Below are positions 52,231 through 62,964 of a DNA stretch of 62,964 bases, in pieces. Origin of the DNA: Girardia tigrina. Lineage: Eukaryota. The position numbers were made by a program, and so were the translations under genes. The stretch is taken from NCBI GenBank assembly GCA_001938485.1, contig MQRK01232504.1, forward strand, positions 1-62,964, read 5' to 3'. Each line of letters starts with the position of its first letter. Position 1 is the first letter of the stretch. Under the pieces are notes generated by a model. That model was not told the origin of the DNA and searched no databases. It saw only the letters and a program-made list of their open reading frames with translations.

Positions 52231-52849
52231 TTTGTGTAGTGATTTAGTAAAGCATAATTAAAATTTTTTTTAATCAAAATAAAAAAATATATATATTTGC
52301 TTGTGCACGCGGTTTTGAAATTTACAAAAAAATTTTCCTGGAATATTACTTAAAAAACTATTATCAAATTATCAAATTGTATAAAATGTAAAAAAAATAT
52401 TCTTTCAAGAAAAAAATGTATTTGTTTTAACGAATTAAATACACAATTTCTTCACGTATTTGAATATTGTAAACATGGCGATGAATTTATTTCTGTCAAA
52501 CCCGCTCACCTTACGGGTGAATTTAAAACAAATTATCAAGTTCGATCAAGCACATAACCGTTCGATCTGCGGTACTTTGATCATGAACTGCAGCGATCCA
52601 AAATGCAGCGCGCGTGGGTTAGATGGCGGCCCTGTTCTACTACAAAATACACCATCAAAAGACGGTAACTTGATTTTGAATGTAGTCGGTCCTGTCCGCC
52701 CATTTTGGCAGGAAAAACAGCGTGGTTCCAGGCGTAGTTCCGCGCGTCAAGCGCAGCCTCTTACGCCCCACGCTTTACTTTGTAATAAGCATTATTTTAC
52801 AGTCGTACGTACAGATTTTTAAAGTGCTGAAATTGAGGCATTAAAATTA

Positions 52850-54014
52850 AGTATATCATTGACCTTAAATGCGTCATAAACATATTTTTAATCACGTTTT
52901 AGCATGACAACTTTCATACCAACAAAACAGCATTTGCGGGAAGCACTACTGTTTTGCTTTAATTAAAAGAAAAAAGCTGCAGACAGTTTTCGGCTTCTTG
53001 AAGAAACTTATGGTCAACATGCACCAACTCAACAGACTTGCGAAAACTGGTATAAACGTTTCAAAAGTGGATATTTCGACGTAAGTGACAAAGATCGTTC
53101 CGGTCAACCAAAAAGATTTGAAGATGAAGATTTGGAATCATTACTGAAGGAAGATTCTACTCAAACAGAGAAAGAGCTTGCAAAACAGTTAAATGTTACT
53201 CAAACAGCCATAAGTAAACGTCTACATGCTATGAAAATGATTCAAAAAGAAGGAAAATGGATACCACATGAATTGAATCAAGCCAACATTGAAAGTCGAT
53301 TACTGATATTCAATTCATTGCTTACAAGACAACGAAGATGGTCGTTTTTGCATAATATTGTGACTGGAGATGAAATTTGGATTTATTATGTTAACTCTAA
53401 ACGCAAGAAATCGTGGGTTCATCCCGGCGAACCATCCACGTCAACAGCAAAAAGAAACATTCATGGAAGCAAGGTTATGTTGTGAATTTGGTGGGATCAG
53501 AAAGGTGTACTGTACTATGATCTGCTGAATTCGAATGAAACTGTTAATGCAGAACGTTACCAACAACAGTTAATGAAATTGAACGATGCATTGAAGGTAA
53601 AACGTCCTATTCCAGCCAACAAACAGCGCACAGTGATTTTGCTCCATGACAATGCTCGACCACATGTCGCAAAACTAGTAAAAAACACGTTGGAAGCACT
53701 TAAATGGGAAATTCTAACACATGCTGCCTATTCACCAGATTGTGCCCCATCAGATTATCATCTGTTCCGATCAATGCAAAGCGCTCTTCGGGACCAGTAC
53801 TTCAGAAACCAGAAACATATAAAAAATGGCTGGAACAATGGATCGCATCAAAAGACCTATTTTTTTCGATGGAATTCATAATTTGCCTGAAAGATGGTCG
53901 AAAGTCATAATTAACGATGGAAAATATTTTGATTAGAATAAAACTTATTATGTCATATAAATAAACTTGTCTGTTCTGCAAAAAAAATCCAAAAAACTAA
54001 GTTATACACCTAAT
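52850..54014 (+). mobile_element. Mariner element, degenerate, left TIR not recognisable
   Basis: ATG at 52903. Motifs WIPHEL, IVTGDEIWIYY, LLHDNARPH and AYSPDCAPSDYHLFRSM. Right TIR ...ctaagttatacacctaa|ta. Confidence 0.93.
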
Positions 54015-54286
54015 AAAAGATCCCATCTATTTGTTTTTTTCTACTATACCAAATAAAAAAATAAATAAAATCACAGTAAATAAAAAAACACAAAAAGAAT
54101 AAAATAAAAAATACAAGTTATAGCTGAAAATAAACATCTACAAGTAAATCGGATTTACAACCACTCGTCAAAGACATTATTTAAAAGAAAAAGAAAACAC
54201 ATCTATAAAAAATAATTTCACACACAACCCATAAAAGCAAAAATAACACCGTTGGGGAATTATTAAAAATTATTTTATAAAAAGAG

Positions 54287-54289
<3 letters not shown>

Positions 54290-54332
<43 letters not shown>
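54290..54332. repeat. (TA)n microsatellite
   Basis: Directly visible. Confidence 0.95.
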
Positions 54333-54335
<3 letters not shown>

Positions 54336-54981
54336 TGTATGTGTCAATAAGTTAAATGAATTAATGCAAAGTGGGTTATCTAATATACTAACTTGAATTA
54401 TATTTGTATGAATGGATATTTCTCCAGTTTTTCTTTATCATTAATGAATGATCTCAGCATGAAACTTGGAACAGGAAAGTAAAAAAGTTTTGTCATCTCA
54501 GCGGAAAAGTGCAATACATTTCTCAAAATAGTTTCTTTAAAAAATTTACCCATTACTCTTAGTCTCTCGTACTTCAAACCTGCCTTATTACGAGAGACAA
54601 TTTGTAAGATTTTCATTTTCATTTTCGATTTGACTGGCACGATACTAACATATTCATACAATAAAATTATTTTGATTTTAAAAATCTATAATAACATCGA
54701 CATTAGAGTAAACTAAGAATGATTATATAATTTCAACCTATGGATTTTGAAAAGTTTAAAACGAGTTAAGTGGTTCTTCTAAGAAATGCATCAATGTTAA
54801 AATATAAAAATAGAAATAATTATTAAAGTTATCGTTCTGAGGATGGTCGGTCATCTGGAAATTTATTTTAAAATGAGAAAAATTTCAATATTCAATTAAA
54901 TTTTAGATATATATAATAAATTTTATTTGTATTTTTAATGATATTTTTATTTAAACTAATTCTGTAATCATTAATTAAATA

Positions 54982-56031
54982 CAGTCAAGCCTATTCAATA
55001 TGAACATACTTTAATATGAACGTCTAAGTTGAAAATTTGGAACAGTCACATGGTTTTAATTGGAAAGTGCATTTTATAATACGAACACTGTTTATTTTGA
55101 ACAATGAACAATATAAAACAATTTTATTAGAGTAAAATATACAAAAAAATATTATTAATCAAATTATTGTTTAAATATTCATTTATAATCTATCTATTAT
55201 GAACATGAAAAATACAAATTCAAAGCGAAAATCCTGAAGAACGGAAAATTTAATTATCGTTAGATAACGCCATTCATCCAAAAAACTTTGAATTAAGTGA
55301 TATCAAATTATTTTTTCCCACCAAACACATGCTCTCTTCTACAACCTCGTGATCAAGGTATTATTAAAAGTTTTGAAGATTATTATAAGAAATCTTTGAG
55401 CATGTCACTGAATTTCAATTTAGAGAATAATGTTACACAAGAGACATGATACAAGAAAATTAATTTGTATTAATCAATGGTTTGGATTTTGAAATCATGA
55501 AATAATGTAAAACCATAGACAATCTGTAATTTTTTTACTAAGTCTTTCGAAAATGCATGTGTTAAACAAGTGATTACGGAACATGATGATTTTCCATGTT
55601 TTGAGGCTAATCCACAAATTGATGAAAATATTTTATATTATCTAGTGGAAAAGTATGAGAATGAATGTTCTGAAAAAGAAGAAACAAACGATAATTCTAT
55701 TGAAGATGTAGAGGAAGATATAGGCTTGAAGCATATCAGTATGCAAAAAACTTGAAAAATATTTTCAGGCGCATATTCCTGATAAGGTGAACAAAATATG
55801 AGATTTGATTGATGAAATTCAAGGAGAAAAAGCATCTAGACAATTGAAAATTACAGACTTTATTATGCGTCAAAATATTGAAATTTTAAGAAATATTTAC
55901 TATTCTTGTGTAAATAAATGTTCCTCTTATTTTTATTAATATAGTTGTGTTGATAAGTGTTGATATTATTTCTTAATATGAATACTTGAAAAAGTTGGAA
56001 CGCTGGTGTTCATATTGAACAGGTTTGACTG
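54982..56031 (+). mobile_element. Internally deleted pogo/Tigger element
   Basis: TA|CAGTCAAGCCTATTCAATATGAACA ... TGTTCATATTGAACAGGTTTGACTG|TA. Remnant motifs LDNA.HP and PPNTCSLLQPRDQGIIKSF. Confidence 0.88.
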
Positions 56032-56099
56032 TATTAATTAATAAAAAAATAATAAATAATAATTAATAAAAAAGACCTTTGGCGCTCCATATACATAAA

Positions 56100-56370
56100 A
56101 GGCGCTCCATCTGCCTTCGTGATACTGTAAGTTTATCAATTGACTGTGCACAGAACGTCTAGTCAGGTCGAACGAATTGTTTAGTATCTTGAAGAACCGA
56201 TCGCAGCTGCTTTGTGTCTTCTCGTCCGATTCCATGTAGATGTTCAGTGCAACCCCCGATAGTAAAAAAGGATTTTTCATGACCATTTCAAATTTCTTCT
56301 ACCAGATCTCGAATTTTTCCAAAAACTCCAAAACGATTTTCATATCATTCATTATGTCCGGATAGCTTGT
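56100..56370 (-). mobile_element. Possible retrotransposon gag fragment
   Basis: EFLEKFEIW...PFLLSGVALNIYME...ILNNSF...QLINLQYHEG resembles Gypsy gag capsid consensus. Confidence 0.45.
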
Positions 56371-56449
56371 AACACGCAAAAAGTTTATTTTCAAAAACAC
56401 TGTTTAATTGATAATATTCAAACAGAATATTTATCAAAAAAACATATAT

Positions 56450-57528
56450 TAAATATTTTAAATAATTAAAATATCTAATATCCAACACATCATAATGCTA
56501 ATAAAGAATTTAATGATATATTTATTAAATTTTTAATTCTTCAAGAAAAATTTGAAATTTCTGTTGAAATTCCACGCATTAAGAAAATTCAAAAAATAAA
56601 ACAAATGTTCCACATTCTTCTCTAGAAGAATTTTTAGAGAGATATATTTATATTCCTATGCTCAACACAGTAATAACTGATTTAGAAACAAGATTTACTA
56701 AAGATTCACTTTATTCATGTGAATTATCATATCTTCTGCCAAAAATAAGAATAAACAATAATGAAGATTTAATTAATATTGAAGATAAATCCTTTATGCA
56801 AAACTTATGATCCCTTAATAACAAGCGGTGTGTATGACATTGAACATTCATTACTTGCAGAAATAAGTCTATCAAAAGGAAATGAATATCTTTGATAGAT
56901 TTAAATTTTCCAGATACAGTTGAAAAAAGCTTGGAAAACAGTGATATAGATGTATATTTATCAATAAATGAATTGCTAAAGAAATTACTGACTTTATCAA
57001 TTAGTGTTGCATCAGTTGAAAGAAGCTTTTCTTCCTTGTGTCGACTAAAACATATTGAAGAAATAGAGTGCATGAAGGATTTGCTTTGCTTCCTAAACAT
57101 CGAGATAGAGATGCTAATATTTTTAATGTCATTGAATGTTTTGCCAAGGGGTGAAATCGTAAATTAAAGTTTATTATGTTGCACTCTATTGTTTGTATTT
57201 TTCAATAAACTGTTATTTTACTTTTTTGATTTATTTGTATATTCTTTTAAAAAATATTTATTCGAAATATTTATTACAAAGAAGTATGTAGTTTTTTTCT
57301 GAATTATTTGTTCCGTGTCTCATAATCTCTTATAAATTACGAATAAAACTTAAATACTATTAGTTTAAGTAGAATGGGTTTTTATTTGAAGAGAGAGTTA
57401 GGTAAACGTAAGTAAGTTTGGTAAATAACAAGTATATCGCAGTGTGATTGTGCTTTTAGCTAAATTTCATTTTTTGTTTAAATCGGAATCACCCCCCCCC
57501 CCTAAAATCATAGTCTAGATCCTTCCCT
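56450..57528 (+). mobile_element. hAT transposase C-terminal remnant with right end
   Basis: LLTLSISVASVERSFSSLCRLK (hATC domain). End ccccccccctaaaatcatagtctagatccttccctg. Confidence 0.8.
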
Positions 57529-57754
57529 GTATTGAGTTGGTATTCTCTTTAACTGGTCTTCGAAACAAAACTTCGAAATCATTTGAATGAAGAAACTTCA
57601 AATGAATTTGTTTGTTAACAGTATTTTTTTCCTGTAAATGAATATTTTTAATGACGTTATCTTCTGAATTAATATCATGTAAATATGCGAATAATATTCT
57701 TTCATTTAATATTTTACATTTATTACTACGAAAAGGTAATTTAATTAATTACCA

Positions 57755-58066
57755 CCATCATTTGTGGCCCTGATAATGGCGTATTTTGTTCTTTTTTTCT
57801 ATGTCATGCAACTCCAATACAATCGGAATCAATTGATGCAACGGATTTTCTGTGCGGATCAGATCAACAAACTCTGTCAACAAAAGATTGTCGACTCTCT
57901 CCACTTCTGAAGCGCCTCGTTTCTAGTTAATCAGCACTCGACTGCATTTGATTGTCGGACAAGACCTCAACAACTTCTCGTTTGTTGATCTGCTCAACAA
58001 TCCGGTCGCTCCGGTTATGAAAACGGTTTTGTTGTCATAAAAATCCAAAATACTTCTCGTTATCAT
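57755..58066 (-). pseudogene. Fatty acyl-CoA reductase (FAR, extended SDR) first-exon pseudogene
   Basis: [40 protein letters not shown]...IN*KRGASEVERV matches the FAR N-terminus ([28 protein letters not shown]). It has an in-frame TAG and has lost the third Gly of GxxGxxG. Confidence 0.85.
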
Positions 58067-58447
58067 ATTTCAGTTGGGACACGATTCAAATATGATAATT
58101 GGAAGGATTGAATTAAATGAAAAATTGAAATACTTGCAAATATCAAGCCGAATGATAAATATTATAATTTTTTATTTATTTTAGAAAACTCTGCTGGGTT
58201 ACCACATTTACAATTCTTATTATTTAAACCACAAAAATTTTATTAAAGTTGAATTGCAATTTTACTTTCATTTTAATTCATTTTAAAATAATTTTAAATT
58301 TATAACTATAAAATGGTCCAGAATTTAAACTCTTAACTTTTTAAACAACATTTTCCAACCGGATAATTGTACTCTTTAACTACGAACATTGTCAATCAAT
58401 TTTTATTATTAAAATGTAATTTTAGTTGGAATAAATATATATTAATA

Positions 58448-59752
58448 TTGGGTTGAGGAATAAGTTCCCGCCGTTTTTTGAAAAATTAAAATTTTATTTT
58501 TTAACAAAAAAGTTACTACAAATTAATCACAAATATAATCTCCGCCATTGTTCACGACTTCTTCCCAACGTTCAACGAGTTTTTCAATGCCTCTTTTGTA
58601 GAAATCGCCCGGTCTTGACTCGAAGAATTCAGCCAACCAAACTTGCAGTTCTCCATCATTGTTGAACAAAACACCTCGCAAAGCGTTAGAAAGCGAACGG
58701 AAAAGATGAAAATCAGATGGAGCCAAGTCAGATGAATACGGAGGGTTTGGTAACACTTCCCAACCAAGCGTTTGAATGGCTTCTTTTGTCATTCTTGCAA
58801 TATGAGGACGTGCATTGTCGTGTTGTAAAATAACGCCATGTTGTTGATCCGTATGTTTTTGTCTTATAGCGGCGTTGAGTCTATGCAGCTGTTGAACATA
58901 AAGTTCTGCGTTCACTGTTTGGTTTCGAGGAAGCAATTTATAATGAATAATCCCTTCCCAACCCCACCAAACGCATAGCATTGCTTTCGTGGCTGAAGAT
59001 CCTGTTTTGCTCGCGGTGTCGATTGTTCTTCTCGGCTACGCCATTCTATGCGCTGTTTCATGTTGATGTACAGGCACCATTTTTCATCACCCGTTACAAT
59101 TTGATAAAGAAATTGTTGCTTATGATCGTGAGTAGAGCGATGACGGGCAAGCAAACTCGCCGAAATTGTGGATCACTGGTTTTTGTTGTTTTCGGTCAAA
59201 AGATGTGGGACCCAAGCTCCCATTTTTTGAACTTTTCCCATTGATTTCAGGTGGTTCACGGCAGTTTTTTTATCACAATCTATTTGTTCCGCCAATTCTC
59301 GAGCGGTTTGACGCGCGTCTTCATGCAAAAGTTTGTTCAAACGCTCTTCATCGAATTCATTTGGTCGTCCTGAACGAGGTGCATCCTTGAGGTCAAAATT
59401 GCCAATATTAAATTTTACGAACCAATCACGAGCGGTTCTATCAGCTATAGCACCTTCTCTATATACAGCACAAAGCTCTCGGGCAGCGTTTGGGGCTTTG
59501 GCGCCTCGATTATACGCAAGCAATAGATGGTGTCGGAAATGCTCATTTTTGTCGACTTGACACTCCATTTCAATGGTCTAAAAATCGACAAAAATTAATC
59601 TGAACAAAAAAACAAAATACACCATTTTTAGAGCAAAACAATAGCTTTCAAATAACATATAACATTACATCAAAAAATTTGATTTAAATATTAAATTGAT
59701 TAAAAATTGATTAAAAATTAAAAAAAACGGCGGGAACTTTTTCTCAAACTAA
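58448..59752 (-). mobile_element. Full-length mariner (DD34D) with two frameshifts
   Basis: TIRs TTGGGTTGAGGAATAAGTTCCCGCCGTTTTTT / AAAAAACGGCGGGAACTTTTTCTCAAACTAA with TA flanks. Motifs WVPHLL, IVTGDEKW, QHDNARPH and PPYSSDLAPSDFHLF. Confidence 0.96.
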
Positions 59753-60904
59753 TACATAATTGTAAAAAAAGCATTAATTTATATATAGCAAGATGAACTG
59801 CATGAAAATTATTTAAGACAAGAGGAATAACACAAGTTTGTATATTGTTGTGAGCTCACTTCAATGATGTATTGGGGGAGTTCGGCATTGCTGGCTGCGT
59901 CCGCACTGATTTGTGGTTGTGAAAAAAATTGTCCAAACATTCAACATTACGTGATATTTTTTTATATTTTTCCTGTAAAAGGAGGATCCAGTTGACATCA
60001 AAGGATAAAATAAAGTTTTTTCATGTATTTTCTAAACATTTTTTGAAAAAGTGATTATTCAACATCTACAATTTAGATTGGACTATCATAAGTGAAAAGA
60101 CATTTAGAAAAATTACTAGTTGACATTCAAATTTCTAGATTTGCGTTTGCAACAAAACCCAATTTTTATAGGGCATTTTATGCCATTCTTACAGTAATAA
60201 ATTGGACTCAACTCAAAATATTGAATTCGAAACTCCTAGGAGCATTAGCACAAGAAGAACAAAAAATAAAGAAAACCTTAAATCAAGAAAAATCTTAAGA
60301 AAATAATCAATTTGGGAAAATGTTTTTTAACGAAAGTAATTTGCCAGTTAATCCGATAATTCCACTCAGTCACGATACGGAGCCCATATGACCTCCCACA
60401 GCTTCTTTAGTCACAGACATTATTAATATTAATACTTTTATCTTTCTTGAATTAATTGAAAAATTCTTCTTTTAATACAAAATATTAAATAAAATTTGAG
60501 TTATTAAATAATAATTATATTTTCAACTATTAAATTTGTTTCTTGAAATAATTATAACAACTTCTTAGTTCGATTTGATAGTTTTAGATAATTTAAATAA
60601 CGAGAAAAAAATTTTCTGTACCTATAAAATGTTGAAAATATATTTTTTTGTTTTAGAATTATAAATTATGTTAATAATTGCCAAAGAACGAAAATCTCTT
60701 GTTCTAGGGTAAGATTTATATTTTATTTGAATATTGACCTTTTTCGATGGCGATATTTCGAAAAGTATGTTTAGATGCATTAATATTTGAAAAGGTGTTT
60801 TTTTTTATGTTTTTAAAACAACTTTTTACAAACCGATTGATTTTAATAGTGTAGTAAAACAAACTACAAATGTCAAATCTGAAATGAGAATTGAATATTC
60901 TGAA

Positions 60905-61394
60905 CCAGTTACCTGTTATTGACGAATATACTCGTCATGGAGAAGTGGCAAAATTTTGAGTATTGATGAGCATACTTGTCATGCGTATAAATCAGTGATC
61001 ACTAGATATAAATCTAACAAGGGACATGTCCCAAGGTAAATCAAAAGATTCTGATACAACTATATGCAATTTATAGATTTCATTACGCTGATTATGAATG
61101 TACAATCTGTTTTTCGGACAAGTAAACGGTTCCCAAGTTACAGCCCCGCAAAGTTTGAAATTTTTAATGTTTGACAGAAATTTTCTCATGAACTAATTAA
61201 CCAGTTAACTGTGGCGCCCTCATTTGAAAGTGCACACAGTTAAAATTAAAATTTACAATTAAAATTTTTTTTCAAAAATTCCAATTTGAATTGTCAATGG
61301 TCACTGATTTATACGCATGACGAGTTAGCTCATCAATAAACAAAATTTTGCCACTTCTCCATGATGAGTATATTCGTCAGTCACAGTTGACTGG
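60905..61394. mobile_element. piggyBac-like MITE with ~95-bp imperfect inverted arms
   Basis: ccagttacctgttattgacgaatatactcgtcatggagaagtggcaaaattttg... is inverted at 61281-61394. Flanks are TGAA / TTAA. Confidence 0.8.
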
Positions 61395-61517
61395 TTAAGA
61401 ATTTTCAATTCAGAATTTTGCATCACACAGTCAATTAAATAATATAATTTAACAACAGAACTCCATTTTATGTAACATGAAAAATTAAATCTTTCAAATG
61501 AACAAAATGTAAAATTG

Positions 61518-61905
61518 GATCATTTCCAGATTAGCGCCGAAAAAAATTAAACCCCGCCACCCAAAAAAGATTATAAAAAGACGATATGAAACTTGTACTT
61601 TTCTTTTTTATTGAAGAGGGTGAAATTGGGATATGTCATTAATAATATGCATGAAAAGGTCCGTATTTCGGTACCTTTGCCTTCAAATAAACTGACACAA
61701 GTAACTATCCTCGAAATGTCAGCGTGTGCAGCATTGGCGCTTATTCTGCATCTTGTAGACATTCCAGAAAGATTCCATGGTTTGTGTGTTAGCTTCCGTC
61801 GTTTGATCAACGAAGTTTTCGGTATGATTAACCGTTTGATGAGTATAATTCATGCCAATCATCGTTTCAATTTCTCGAATTTACTTTGATCAGTATTCCA
61901 AACAA
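61518..61905 (-). mobile_element. Merlin (IS1595/ISXO2-like) transposase C-terminal remnant
   Basis: Minus frame YTHQTVNHTENFVDQTTEANTQTMESFW...DSYLCQFI*R...DLFMHII matches the Merlin motif HxxVNHSxNFVDPxTGAxTQxIESxW...YLxEFxWR. Confidence 0.85.
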
Positions 61906-62858
61906 TTGAGGACGAAAAATTTTAATTTGATAGAAATTAATTGACGGATGAAATTAAATTTGAGACAACTAATTTTATTTTTTCTTCATTTTTTTGCTTT
62001 TTTGTAAAAAAATTTTGTTCTTCTCCGTGATGTGAAACCGAATTTCTTTTTGAATCTATCATGATCGATAAATAAATGAATTTCTTTAAAACCATCAATT
62101 TTAAAATTTATCAGAAAATTGACTAACTCATATGCATAATAAAAATAAATAAGCCTTTTTATAAGAAAAAAACCCTTCCAAAATATTTAGTTTTCAAATA
62201 ATCACACAACACGTTTTTCTATCAATTTAAAAAAATTAATTATTTCGTAATTAATTAAATTTTAATTTCCCGAAACCTAATATTAATAAATTAATATTAA
62301 TGCACACCATGTTAATAATTATTTATTTAACAACAAAATATGTTTCGCAATTACAGCATCGTCAGTTTTGACTTTATTTCAGAAAAATATTTATATGACA
62401 CATTGATAATTTCGTAATTTAAAAATTTTTGCCACTTTAAAATGACTGGATAACTCACTTTGGACATTTATCGGGGCCTTTTTTAATCGTAATAGACTGG
62501 GGGGTGTAATTTTTTTAAAACCAATTTTTAAATCTAACTTTCTCTTTTTGCTATCATAACCTGAAGTTTTTGCAGCAACAGAAGATGTAACCTTTGTTGC
62601 AGCTGAAGACGCAATTACAAATACACATTTTAGCTTCTTCGCAACAGTAGAATCCATTAAAAGCACTTCTCACAATACTATGGAATGGTACAAGTCAAGA
62701 AAAGTGAATGTAAATGGTAAGTAGAAATTAAAAGTGACTGCTTGGAAGCATATATGTTTACACTTGCTGAAGGGAAGCGTAAAACACAATTTGTGAAATG
62801 CAGAACTTGTGAAAAGTTTGTGAATTTAACTTGTAATGTTGCTCACAAGGCGTATCCC

Positions 62859-62964
62859 CATAACAGCGAATTACAAAACAGCGAGTTACATAACAGCGAA
62901 TCCCAAAACAGCGAATTACATAACAGCGAATCATCAAAACAGCGAATCATCAAAACAGCGAATT
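62859..62964. repeat. Tandem ~19-21-bp repeat (aacagcgaat...) running off the window end
   Basis: Six copies of aacagcga(a/g)t. Probably a subterminal array of a DNA transposon. Confidence 0.85.

Overview
AT-rich, gap-containing eukaryotic (animal) scaffold that is almost entirely decayed transposable elements. The short introns, AT bias and abundant mariners resemble planarian flatworm DNA, but the taxon is an inference. Recognisable content: Tc1/mariner copies and MITEs, three pogo/Tigger elements (one with two spliceosomal introns), hAT elements, piggyBac-type MITEs, a Merlin remnant, three Ty3/Gypsy pol fragments and a Polinton/Maverick remnant. There are two orphan host-gene pieces (midasin AAA1 and a fatty acyl-CoA reductase N-terminus). 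No intact host gene, rRNA, tRNA or CRISPR array is visible. Two things stand out. First, three diverged copies of an LTR-like element (ending at 15850, 21589 and 41335) carry a conserved array of GT-AG introns opposite their TATA box, with a ~172-bp exon+intron module present in 1 to 3 copies. Second, a Gypsy RT/RNase H fragment is followed by a long accessory ORF ending in a REXO4/ISG20-like DEDDh exonuclease domain.
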